Source: Dicyema japonicum (taxonomy: Eukaryota > Animalia > Dicyemida). From it: a stretch of 64,000 bases of DNA. Of the stretch, positions 48,001 through 60,139 are shown piece after piece. The notes beneath the pieces were generated by a model, which did not search any database, was not told where the DNA came from, and saw only the letters and a list, made by a program, of their open reading frames with translations. A program made the translations under genes and the position numbers. The stretch covers positions 127,229-191,228 of the forward strand of contig RDEW01000019.1 in assembly GCA_011109175.1 (NCBI GenBank), in the 5' to 3' direction. Every line of letters starts with the position of its first letter. Positions within the stretch are counted from its first letter, which is position 1.

Positions 48001-48929
48001 TCTTGCAACGTAAATGGTAAGTGACAGTAAACTATATAATTTATCACGTCCAAAGTGATTTAGATTATGTTGAGCCTAATTTAAATCAACAAATATACAA
48101 TTTCAATGTATTTTAGTTTTAATTCAGCTTCCTCAATACAAAAGAATCGCAACTCTCGACCATTTTAAGTGATGTAGGCTGCGGATTCCTTGAAACTTAA
48201 ACTTCAAGCATATTGCTTGATATTTGCCCTTTCTCTCCTGTCAATGGATTTATCGAGTTAGTCCCGATTCTTCGTGTTAATTCCACCAGAACCATATTTT
48301 ATAATTGATATTTTTTAAAAAATACTATATATAAGTTTTATTTTTTATTATTAATAATTTCTTCCAATGAAATGTTTTCTGAAAAAAAATATTTTTTTCG
48401 TATTTTGAGCATTGACTGGCTGGTCTGGACTGTGACAAAATATTCAAAAAATTAAGACTTGTCAATTGAATAAGACCGTTCCTGAAACGTCAGATTAAAA
48501 GGAAAGGTATAGGATACGATCCCTCTCAAAAAATATCACGTTTGAGGAGTCTGACGTGTACATGTACATGGGAAATAAAAAATCACTGTTCTACCCTATT
48601 GAAGAGATCAAATTGAACATAGAAATGATTGAGGTTTCTACATTAACTGACAAACATAAGCTCAGCAGTTTAAATCATTTTGGTCGTGAAAGATATAGTT
48701 TGCTAAAAAAACAAAATTTAAGCCATCACGAGAAATGATGTCTATAATATCATATCCAAGTCTCTTTTTGCCAGGTTTAACTGCTTTAATAAGTGTAGTC
48801 TTTGCGTTTGATGCCCACTAAACTACAATTACACCAATAATAGCATATGCGCCGCGTGATTGATATCTTGTTGACTTAAGGAGACATTCGGAACTTGAGG
48901 AGTACTCTCGGGTCTAATTTCATAACAAA

Positions 48930-49130
48930 TCGTAGAGGGAGAACCAAGGAATGCTCTTCATTTCTATAGACGATCTGGTTCCGCAGTGAAATGCTTACTG
49001 ATGACTGCGTCACTCGTCAAGCCAAAGCATTGTAGATGCGTGAAACCTTCAAAAGGAATATACAGCAGCGAGATTCGAATAATGGGCCATCAGGCCTTTT
49101 GCCCGGCACTCGTTACACTGCTCCACCCGG
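48930..49130 (-). mobile_element. tRNA-derived SINE, 3'-truncated
   Basis: ccgggtggagcagtgtaacgagtgccgggc...attcgaatctcgctgctg head plus conserved body. Confidence 0.85.
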
Positions 49131-49449
49131 AAGAATTCATCACCAAATAGATTTTCGGTCGTCTAAGAGCATCTGAGTACAGAGGAAAGTAGAGTGGTTG
49201 TATATAACTATTTTTTGGTTTAACCAATCGATAGAGGTGGATATCGGTGGCACTCCGCAAATACAACACGGAGCATGTCAAAATTCTCAAAAATAGAGGC
49301 CACTCATTCAAACCGCAAAATGATCTAAAACTGTGTCATGGGAAATACAGTCTACGTAGGCAGCATATAGCACTTCATTTATAAAAATAGTCCTCAGATC
49401 CCTCAGTTCCGCTTAGAGATAGACTAACACAGGGTATAGTGAGTCGCTT

Positions 49450-50810
49450 TGAGGTGTTCTAATAGTTGTTCTGAATTATCTTGACTCTGTGGTTCCAATA
49501 CAGCTGTGTGGTTCCATTACCTGACTGTGAGGTTCCAAATAAGTGTCGGCAACCAGCACACAAACCATCCTAACATAGTCGTAGTCCACGATTGTTTGAA
49601 GTTTTCCATTATTTTGTCTCTAAAAATTTTATCAAATACGCGACTCATGCCAATGCCAAATATGGTGGTCGCAATTTTGAATCTCTTAGATATGGCACAG
49701 AGCCCCCTATGCACTCATTACATCTGCAGTTGATCTTCCTGGCTTGAATCAACTTTGGGTAGCCGACGGAAGCTTCAATGAGTCCTAACATTGCCAGAGA
49801 GAAAATTTTCTTTAGCGTATCCAAGAGAATAATTGAACGGTTATTTGGCGGTTTAAGCAACGATTCCCTTTCTCAAACGGCTCTACCGTTGAACTTTCTT
49901 TCGAAGTAGTCGCCACTATTTCAGTTTGCCTTACAATTGTTTCCTAGCTTCGTCTGCATAAAGTTAGTCGATGGAGTAATCTAATAATCGTGTATATTTT
50001 TGCCCACATCTCAGGTCCTCGAGTTATAATATACGAGAGATTGTGAACGTTTCTTCAAAATATTCCAGTTTTTTGGATCTTAACATGTCTCCACTTCTGG
50101 CAGGTTTTCTCCGATACCCATGGAATAGTCACCCTCGTAATCTCTGAGGGAATCAACTTTTCGACTGAACATCTCATGGTTGAATTCATTCTATCTGCAA
50201 ATAGTCTTTCCGGATAACCTTTTTAGTACTAGTCGGGCGACATTGACCTTGTGGTCGCTGAATTTACGTTCCCAACCATAAGAACTGGTGTCCACTGGTC
50301 GACGTTTTCCTTCCTGTAGGAAAATAATATGATCGATTTGGTTGTCAAGATCGACGTATCCCCCATTTTCGTTTCTTCTACCTCCAATCCACGTCGTTTT
50401 AAGACGCGTTGCATAATGGAAGATTGTATTGGATATTACGAGTGAATATACTCCCAAAGTTGTTGGCATGTCATCGGGAGATTTCTTTTCCTCCTCCCTG
50501 ATTTCCCACTCACAGCTCTTCACCACGGCATTTGCATGTTTTGGCATTCCAGTCCTCGGTAAGTAATACAAGAAAAGATGGTTTTGTGCTCATGTAGGTC
50601 ATTGACAACATGTGGTAAGAGTCTAACTTGTCCACTTTATTTCAGCCTTCCACTTGGTGGAGCGTAGACATTGATGATGCTTATTATTCGATCCAGGTGA
50701 GTCACATTGTCGTGCTCTAGCTGTAATATGGACATCCGGTCCTCACATGCTAGTGCATGTATATTACATTCCAAATCCCAGGTGAATGCCGAACAAGTTC
50801 ACATATAGTG
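49450..50810 (-). mobile_element. Heavily deleted RTE LINE (APE and RT pieces)
   Basis: ISIINVYAPP, NQIDHII, SDH and IILLDTLKKIFSL motifs. Confidence 0.7.
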
Positions 50811-51099
50811 TGATTCTGATGGAAGGAGGATTCTGTAATCGTTATTTATCTCAAAGTCCGCTCTTGATTTTCGTCCCGTGAAAGCATTCATCGTGAGTAT
50901 TCAGTACTTAATTAAGATTTCTCGTTTGGAAATATCATTCAAACCACTAACATTGAACGATAGCTCGATGATTAAGAGTTCTTGAAAATGAGCTACGTCA
51001 TTTTCTAACAACCTCATATGTGAGTAAGACTTCGTGCAATTTAGTTACGTCAAAAACTCAACCAAAAAACACCAAAAACTATGACCTAAGCACCAGGAT

Positions 51100-53095
51100 A
51101 TAAATTAAAAAAATCCGTCATATTATGTTTTCCGCCAAGTTAATTGCCTTTGATAAATGTGGAGGAGGAATTCGTCCTATTGCTGTTGGGTTTGTTTTTC
51201 GTCGACTGGCTTCTAAACTTGCTAGCAGAGCAATCCTTCCGATGCTTGTCAAACAACTGCGACCAACCCAAGTAGGGGTCGGTACTCCTGGTGGATGTGA
51301 GGCGGCGGTTCATGCCGTTCGGATGTTTACTGGAAACAGAACGAACATGCCTTGTGTGGTCCTCAAGATTGACATAAAAAACGCCTTCAATACCATACGG
51401 CGCGATGTAATTTTGGAAGATTGTCTTACCCATTACCCGTCTATATATAATTATGTTCATTGTTCGTATGGAAAACCGTCCAGTCTTGTACATGGGAAAT
51501 ACTTCATTCCCTCGTCGTGTGGAGTTCAGCAAGGAGACCCACTAGGACCGGCATTGTTCTGCCTCGGTGTCGACCGTGTCATGAGATGCCTTACTACTCC
51601 GCTGAACGTGTGGTATTTGGATGATTGCACCCTGGGAGGTCATCCTAACAATGTATATGACTGTCTACAGAGATTACTAACCCAATTGGATACGCTTGGT
51701 TTAAAGCTAAACGCATCCAAATGCGAAATTGTTAATTATGGATTCTCCCGATATGAATGGAATCGAATCCTATTAATGTTTCGGGGATTATTCCTAAAAT
51801 ATCGGAAATCGAGCCGGATTATTTGGAAATACTTGGATGCTTTCTGGCTGAAACTGGAATTAACGACACTCTGTTGGCTAAAGAACAGCAACTAAGAAAA
51901 ACTTTTTTACGCCTTGGGATGCTGGATGCACATACCTCTCTTTTTCTCATAAAAAACGCTTTATTCACGCAGAAATTAAATTACGTCCTTCGAGGAGCTC
52001 CATGTTACCTGAAAATGCAACAACTCGGGGCGATTGACTCCCTATTCCGGTCTACGACCGAACGTATTACTAATGTCGAATTCGACGAACAAGGATGGGA
52101 ACAAGCAACCTTGCCCGTTCGCTTTGGTGGACTCGGAATTCTCTCACCATCTGATTTACACCCGGCATATCAATCCTCATTGGACTCCAATCAGAATTTG
52201 ATCATGATGATTCTCCAGCTCCCATCAGAGTCGTCAAAGATCGAAGATTTGGTACACCCTAAAGTCAAACAACTCGGGCAGAGAGACCTTTATGAGTCTG
52301 TTTGCGAGGATAAATACGAGAGGCTTTTGAAAATATCTAACCAACACCGACGAGCCTGTCTTTTAACTGCAAGATGCGAGTGGAGCGGGGCTTGGATCAA
52401 TGCCCTACCCATTGGAAACGTGGGAACTCACCTAGACGATGAAACGGTCCGCACCGGAGTCTCCATCAGACTTGGATTGAAAGTTTGTCAACCCCATGAG
52501 TGCCGATGCGGCCGGAAGGTCGACTGCTATGGACATCATGCCCTTTCTTGTCGAAAAAGCGCAGGTCGATTCGCTAGACACAAGGCTATAAATGAAGTGG
52601 TGAAGCGCGCCCTCGAGTTGGCGGGATACCCATCCATTCTAGAGCCAACGGGCTTGAGTAGGGATGATGGGAAGCGACCCGATGGAATTACTGTCTTCCC
52701 CTTCTCTCGGGGCAAATGCTTAATTTGGGATGCTGCCTGTACTGACAGCTTTTCCCAGTCGAAACTTTTGAGGTCGGCAATGAAAGCGGGAGAGGCGCCC
52801 GTTTATATGAAAACTCAAAAATAAAGAAATACAGCAGCCTCCTAAACCGTTTCCATGTACAGCCAGTGGTCGTCGAGACGAGCGGAGTCTTTGGCCCCAA
52901 GACGGTCTCTTTCCTTAGAGCACTTGGGTGTCTATTGACCAAAGCCTCGAGGGAGCGTCGGGAAACCGAGTGGCTTTTCCAAAGGATATCCCTGGCAGTA
53001 GTCAGAGGTAACAGCCACTCGATCATATCCGCTGGACTTTAGAACGATTTTATTGTTATAAATAAATTTAAAGTAATTAAAAAAAAAAAAAAAAA
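51100..53095 (+). mobile_element. 5'-truncated CRE-clade retrotransposon: RT, CCHC knuckle, REL endonuclease, poly(A) tail; two frameshifts
   Basis: GGIRPIAVG, QVGVGTPGGCEAAVH, KIDIKNAFN, GVQQGDPLGP, WYLDD; CRCGRKVDCYGHHALSC; DGKRPDG...IWDAAC; A-run 53079-53095. Confidence 0.93.
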
Positions 53096-53234
53096 TTAAA
53101 AAATATTTTTTAAATAAAAAAATAAAATTTTTAATTTACTATTATCTGTAAATAATCTATTGTTTTATTAAATTATAATAATTATTCTCCCTTTTTGAAA
53201 AAATCGCTACACTACTAAATGAAATGTTTTCAAC

Positions 53235-54601
53235 TAACTCAACCTTGCCCTGGGTACGGGATTACTAATACCTATACAAAAACCCAATAAACCCGAAAGG
53301 ACCGGTTGAAAACTTACGACCTATTATATTATCAAATTCTCTACGGAAAGTCTTAGCTAACATTGTATTGGAACGAATAAAAGGACCTGCCTATGAATAC
53401 CTACCCGAAAGTCAAAGTGGGTTCAGAGAAGGAAGATCAACAGCTGATGCAGTCTGGAGTCACAGATGGAGATGTGCAACACATCAAAGATATTGCAATG
53501 CCATCCACATTCTGGGAATAGATCTATCGAAAGCCTTTGACTCGGTTAACAGAAAAAAATTGATGACAGTGCTGGAAGGGTTTATTGACGAATCGAGTCT
53601 AAGAATAATCCTTCTATCTAACACAGAGCTCCTTGTGAGAGTTGGAAAAACCTACTCAAGAAAATTTGAAACAAACACAGGCACTCCTCAAGAGACTCCC
53701 TCTCTCCCCTACTATTCACAATATACTTGGAGGCCTCTATGAGGGAACTGAGACCATTATATCAAGGAAAAATAGAAGAAGTGATTTATGCTGATGATGT
53801 TGACCTAATTTCTGAAGACAAAGAACTCCTGGAGCATGTACTAGAAAAAGTACCAGATATACTTGAGAAATGGTTTCTCACCATGAACAGGGAAAAAACA
53901 GAACGGACAGAGATAAGAAGAATGAACAACTCACTCGAAGAAAAATGGAGACACATAAAGAAACTTGGCTCACTACTAGGAGATAGCGAAGACATCATAC
54001 GGAGAAAAACATTGGCAAATGCGGCATTACAAAGGCTTAAAATCTTGGCTAAAACGGAAAGGGTACAACATAAAACAAAGGATTATGTTATACGACACTT
54101 TCATCAAACCAATTCTACTATACAACTCTGGGACCTGGGCCACCTCTAAAGAGGAATTGGAAAGGCTAGACTCATTTCACAGGAATCATCTAAGAAACAT
54201 AACTGGAATGTCCTGGCCATCCAAGATCTCGCGGAATGGACTGTACAATAAATGTGACTGTATACCATTAAGTCACGAGATCATTAGCTCTCTTTGGAGA
54301 CTTTTTGGACACGTCCTGAGGTTGGACCCGATATCCCCTCCGAACATCGCAATGGAAGATTACTACTCCTCCAATGTAAAACGCTTCCTTGAAGGACGGA
54401 GAACTACCCTCCCGGTCTTTTACAAAACGATCTGAAAGCCGTGAAGAAAACATTGGCATCTCGTGACGATCTGGACTCACTGAGGGACCTAGCAAAGAAC
54501 AGAAGAGCTTGGAGCAACCTAACTAATTCTCTTATATTTTTTGCTGCACATGCGGGGCTATAAATATTATGGCTCTCGTGAAAGTGATAATAATAATAAT
54601 A
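53235..54601 (+). mobile_element. 5'-truncated RTE LINE with frameshifts and (TAA)n tail
   Basis: LRPIILSNSLRK, QSGFREGRST, DLSKAFDSV, YADD, LGSLLGDSED, WRLFGHVLR. Confidence 0.93.
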
Positions 54602-54899
54602 AACAATTTATTATTAAACAAGAAAAACAATTTATTACGCGGTCCTACCCAAGGATTCTTTGTTTGTTCCACTTGCCGTTGAGACGTCTCGTGCGTTTCC
54701 AAGAGTGCCGAATGAGTATTTTTGTACAAAATGTTTGAAGATCAGATTTCAATGTCAAAAATATTACTAACTAACTAAAAATATGATATTTCAATGTCAA
54801 TATATTCGTACAGTAACGAGACTGAGCCATGTGAATACTCTAAGTACATCATAATGTCTGCACTTACAAATATGAATTCCAGTCCCAACAAATAGCAAA

Positions 54900-55130
54900 G
54901 AAAAGCTGGTTTTATGGTCAGAATGTTGACAATCGTTGAGATAATGTGGTAAGTGAGTCTAACTCGCTCACATTATTTCAGCCAACCACTTGGTGGAGTG
55001 TAAACATTGATAATGCTTATTATTCTATCCTGGTGTGTCAGTTTCGTATTTTAGTTGCAATATGGATATCCGGTCTCACATGTAGTCACTGTAAATTGCA
55101 TTCCAAAACACTTGTGAAGAGCGAATAAAA
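54900..55130 (-). mobile_element. RTE APE fragment homologous to 50595-50800
   Basis: Direct DNA similarity; ISIINVY motif. Confidence 0.65.
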
Positions 55131-56381
55131 ATTTAATTTTTATTTTTTAGAATTTTTTATCTACGAACATTCCACGTTCTGATTACCGTTTATGCGGAAA
55201 CAACTTAATTTATTTATTAACCCGGATACACCGAGATTGAAGTTAAAGCAAACAACTAGTTAAGTGTATCCAGTTTCCACTTGTACAGTCGATGGTCGTA
55301 GAAACAGACAAAATGTTTTTTATAAGCAAAAAATAATTATGGACAATTATTCACCCAGCATTGGATTTTTGATGGAATTTTCAGGTAAACTAAAGAATGT
55401 TTCCTAATGGAAATTCTAGGTCGCAAATGGAAACACTTAAAAAAGCAATAATCGAAAATGTGACACTTGGCTGAACACTTATATCTGACTATTTACGAGG
55501 ATATTCGACCAACAGTCTTCAGATATAGGCTTAGTACACGGTCAGTCATTGTTATAGCGTTATTGACTCGAGTACTTCTCTTCATACTCATCATATGGAA
55601 AGGTTCTAATCTCATTAAAATTATTGCAGAATCAGGGGTAGTGCTAAATGGGGAAAGAAAAGGGAAAGAAAGGGGCGAATTAAATATTTTCTTTTTAACT
55701 AAAAATACCATATATTTATTTTGTTGCAGGAAAGTAGTAGCCACTTTCTAAAGAAAAACCGAGTCAATCCAATAGTGTGTTCAGTTCTCAGGCTGGATAT
55801 TTATAGCATCCTCAATTATTTATGTGTCCTTTACCAATTCTTGACAGCCATAGAATCCCACTAACTCGAATACTTTTCGAACAAACTCATCCTTGTCCTA
55901 ATTTATCCACGTTTTGAGGGGAATATGATTAATATCCGGACATTTGTTTATCAAGACTCCAGTCTCCCATATCACCTGCCATCTGGTATATGCACACTAG
56001 AAGATCTGGGATTGCAACAGTGACGGAGAAATCAGGCATTCAATCCAATTGATTGTCCTCAAATACAGGGAGAAACAACACAGCAGAAAAAATTAGTTGA
56101 CTGTATCAAGTTCCAGTTGTTGGATGGAGACATTCCCCCCTCACCAAAGGGAAGAAAAGTCTCGCAGTTGAACATACCCCAATAACTAAAATTAAACTTA
56201 TAAAAATAAAAAAAATTGATTTTTTATTAAAAATTGAAAACTTTACTAACAACACTGATTAAAATGATACTTAAATCGGCAAGCATGATCGATTAGTGAA
56301 ATTTTAAATGGCTTTCGTCAATAAAGCAGTAAATACAATTCCATAACAAAATAACGATATATTATTGAAAATACAAAAGAA

Positions 56382-57065
56382 TTAGCAATTGAACCTATTA
56401 AATATAATCTCTCTATGTTTCGGATTGAGAATAGGACTAATAATGCTCTCCAAACTGATAATTCTATGGTTAAACCTTGCAATGTCGAATAGTTTCCAAT
56501 CAAATCGGTCCTCGTCATTGTCATCAAACAAGAGAAACTCAACGATTGGAGAGAAGGCAATCTTTTTAACGTCACAATTCTTCCTCTCTTTGCATACGTC
56601 GCAGACAACACGAACAGAAGTACAAGACTGCTCGCAGACGCACTCCTTGTCCTTATGTTTGTCCAACAAGGTGTTTATGGCCGTATATGAATATTCAATG
56701 TTGGGGTTTTCGTTGTTTAGCGTCAAAATAGATCGGTAGTAGTTCTTGCACGTGTGATTGTTGACTGAAGGGGTTGAGTCAATAAAATTCAACTCTTGGG
56801 AGGAGTCCATAGAAACCAAGTCGTGGTTTTCAAATTTCAAGTCATCAAAGGGGTCTGTATTCTTTATTTGGTTAGATATCACTGTGGGTTTCAGGACATT
56901 TGAGAAAACAACGACGAGGCCACTGTCATCGTCCTCCTCCTCATTTTCTTGACAAGTTGGAATAAGAAGTGAGTCATTGGAACCCCAGGAACTCAACTCC
57001 AAGGAATCAAGGGGAATATCATACAAGGATGATTCTGAATCTGAAGCCATATTACAAACACACAA
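56382..57065 (-). CDS. PPP1R15: PPP1R15/GADD34-family eIF2alpha phosphatase regulatory subunit, intronless (likely start MASDSE)
   Basis: C-terminal KKIAFSPIVE...DEDRFDW..DIARFNHRIISLESIISPILNPKHREIIFNR matches the PP1-binding core (RVxF; EDR.GPW; D..RF..RI...E..I...L..EHR) shared by GADD34/CReP, HSV ICP34.5 and ASFV DP71L; acidic N-terminus. Confidence 0.82.
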   Translation of the reverse strand: MCVCNMASDSESSLYDIPLDSLELSSWGSNDSLLIPTCQENEEEDDDSGLVVVFSNVLKPTVISNQIKNTDPFDDLKFENHDLVSMDSSQELNFIDSTPSVNNHTCKNYYRSILTLNNENPNIEYSYTAINTLLDKHKDKECVCEQSCTSVRVVCDVCKERKNCDVKKIAFSPIVEFLLFDDNDEDRFDWKLFDIARFNHRIISLESIISPILNPKHREIIFNRFNC

Positions 57066-58024
57066 TGATGAAATAATATTATTATTTTATTAATTATGAA
57101 AATTAAATATTTATATTTAAAAATTATTAATTTTTAATAATATTAAATATTCTCGGAATTCATTCTCATTTATTTACGATTTTTTATTCCGTTTTCAAGG
57201 CAACAAATTTTTGTTCTATTATTAATTGCTTTGTCGTTAAAAATCAGAAAATTCAAAGAGAAAATTTTTCTTAGAATTATATTTTTCATAATTGAACAAC
57301 TTTAGAAGTTAGAAGCATTGGTAAAGGAAATCGGGAATCCAACTAGACGCGATTCGATAGATGGTTTTCGCAACGCTTGGGAATTGCCATCGTCCGTCAA
57401 TGTCCTCATGAATCCTTTTTGTGCCAATATCATTGAATAAATTTTAGTTAAAATTTAATCGATATATTTTCTAATTATAAAACACAAAAAACACGTGGGT
57501 AATAATTTATGGGAAATTATTATGGAATTGATTTATTTGGAATTTCCAACTTCCACTTTCATTGATTTATTTTTTTCTGCTTATTATAATGGACAAGTCT
57601 GTTGCACTCAAATGAAGTAGAACTTTGAAGGGAATCCAATTAATCGAGTAACCTCCATTGTTTGAGACCTTCCAATGTCACCAGAACCAGTGAAATGGAG
57701 AAATATCCATTGTAGTTCGTGAACCCTCCAATGGAGTGGGGGGAAGCGAAGCTCCTTTTGTGTGCTATCTAGGTGTCGCCTGTGGATCGCATGAAAGAAG
57801 AGAAGATTGATGATGGAAGATAAGATAGAGTAATAAACTTTCTGCCTGGTCGGTAGAGCATGAACCCTGTTATTTAAGTATTTGAAGTGACTCGATCTGT
57901 TTACTATGGACTTTAAAGACAATTTAGTAATCTCTTATTTTCGAGGTTCACGTGTTTACATTAATTTATTCCTCATATTGAATGAACAGTTCGAAAATAA
58001 TGTAATAATCCTTCACATATTTCT

Positions 58025-58212
58025 TCTGGGCTGACGAGTGAGCTATCATCAGTGTTTCATCACTGCGGAACCAGATTGTCTTCTGGGACTCCACACAAGC
58101 AAAATAGATAAGAACGACAAGTAAAAAACATTGTCAATGTCTTGGATATGCCTTGGCTTAATTAGCAAGACTGTTCTTACTTCTCAAACAAAGTGTAGTT
58201 CTGCCTATGCAA
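58025..58212 (+). mobile_element. 5'-truncated SINE
   Basis: gacgagtga..tcatcagtg..cactgcggaaccag; actgttcttact...tctgcctatgc. Confidence 0.7.
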
Positions 58213-58948
58213 TGGAAACATTACTACTCCTTCCGGAAGAGCTATCTTTACTCCACTGGTCCATTGAGTCTCTAGGTCACTGATTTGAAATAAAGGCCTT
58301 TCGGACATATTTGAGATTGAAAATGGGATACCCAGCTAATCTAGCGATTAAGGAGTACTTAGTTGAGACTGGATAATTCTCTACTTGCTTCCATCATTTG
58401 AACAGACCTAATCCCATAATAACCGATGATTTTTAATTTCAAAAAAATTTAAAGTATTCTATATTTCTTTTCTCGGTGTATCCTAAGTTAATAAAATTAT
58501 AAAAAGAAGTAGTTGGTCGAAGGACGAGAAGTGACTTCCTTCTATATTCCGAGAAACATTTACAATTTAATTTACTTCCTTCCATAGAAAGTATGCAATG
58601 AGTTTATGTATCATTGTCTGAAAATAGATTTCATCATTGTCGGGAACAGAACAGGGTCGAGAGCTCAGGAGAGGTATCCAAATGTTCAGGACATACAGCA
58701 CATTGGGTGTGTCAACCTTGGTCGTTCAAAATCATCAAATCCGGAATATCCTGTTTATTTTGAAGGCTGTGCCTATCGAACTTGTGGAGGACACAAGGTA
58801 GAATGGTGGGCGATAAAATCACCGTTTAGAATATGTTAAATTGAAAAGGGGGAAGTAATCAGTTTGAATCTATTACACTTAGTTACGAATCTGAGAATAA
58901 TTTTTTTAAATCAACAATTATTTTTTTATTATTAAAATAACAAAAAAT

Positions 58949-59235
58949 GCCGGGTGGCACAGTGTAACGAGTGTCGGGCGAAGGTCTGATGGCCCCTTGC
59001 TTTCGCTGATGTACATTCCAGCTGAAGGTTTCACGGATCTAAGATGCTTTAACTTGACGAGTGACGTCATCATCAGTGAACATCTCACTGCGGAACCAGA
59101 ACGTCTACAAAGGGACTCACATCTAACATAAAGAAAAAAGAAGTGAAAAGCATTTCATGGTTCTCCCACATCGATTAGTTATGGTAACTGTTCTTTACTT
59201 AAAATAATGTGTGTCCTGCCTGGGAGGAGCTATAG
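58949..59235 (+). mobile_element. tRNA-derived SINE, near full-length
   Basis: gccgggtggcacagtgtaac head, body, and ...gtgtgtcctgcctgggaggagctata tail. Confidence 0.85.
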
Positions 59236-59284
59236 CTAACTTGCAAACGAGATGGCAGATGCTTGGTTGCAAGGTCCTCGTTAT

Positions 59285-59590
59285 TCAAATAGTAATGACG
59301 TGGGAGGAATTGCAACACAGTACCACAAGAGTTATCTGAAGCAATTGGTGGTAGATAGGAAGCTCCAGGTCTATCTACAGTCCACTGTATTAAAGCGGAC
59401 CCTAGAGAGCCTGACACTGGAGTATAGGAGGCAGAGCCCGGAGATGCCATATGGGCAGAGGGTTCAATTGGACAAGGCGCTCTCGGAGTTGTTTCAGCAA
59501 CCAGAATCGAACCTGCATGAGGAGACTGGCGAAAGCAGGCGAGGAAGGTTGTTGATTATTAAATATTAGTTTTTTATTGTTTGTTAAATA
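59285..59590 (+). mobile_element. Extreme C-terminus of an R4/Dong-like element
   Basis: MTW.GIATQYHKSYLKQL...YLQSTVLKRTLESL continues the LTWDGVVSKY motif seen at 31.7 kb. Confidence 0.6.
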
Positions 59591-60139
59591 AAGTGGGATT
59601 ATTTTTAGTAAAATAAAATAAATTTTATATATTGACTGTGTTATAGTGTTTTTTCGTTACACATCTTTAAGTCGCAATCAGAAACAAGAAATCACTACAA
59701 GTGAAAATGGACATTCTTTATGTGGAACTGTTAAGGTGCTCAGATAAAAGATCATCTTATATCTCATAAAGCTCAATTTGTGCTAAGATGTCGACATTTA
59801 ATCACTTTTCTATGAATTTCTAAAAATTTCATAAATTATTCCGACAGTGACATATATAATCTTGATGAGACTCCTTACTCGACTTACTCAAGAGACGCCC
59901 TATGCCCGGACGACATTCCGTATTTGCAGACTAAGAACTCTTGGATATAAACATTTCAAAGACTATCATCAGTGAAAATTGACGCCGAATTAGATGACAT
60001 TTAAAAAACTTTTACGAAAACAGAACTAATTGAAAAACAACGTAACGATGATCACTTCTGTAAGAAGGTGATAGCAAGGGATCGTAAAGGAGATAAAAGA
60101 TTTGGCAGATGTCATATGTCATTTTTGATAAAAATTAAT

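Noticed and set aside
58949-59020. SINE heads as genuine tRNA genes
   Set aside because: A/B-box-like motifs are present but I could not form a cloverleaf, and each head continues into the shared SINE body.
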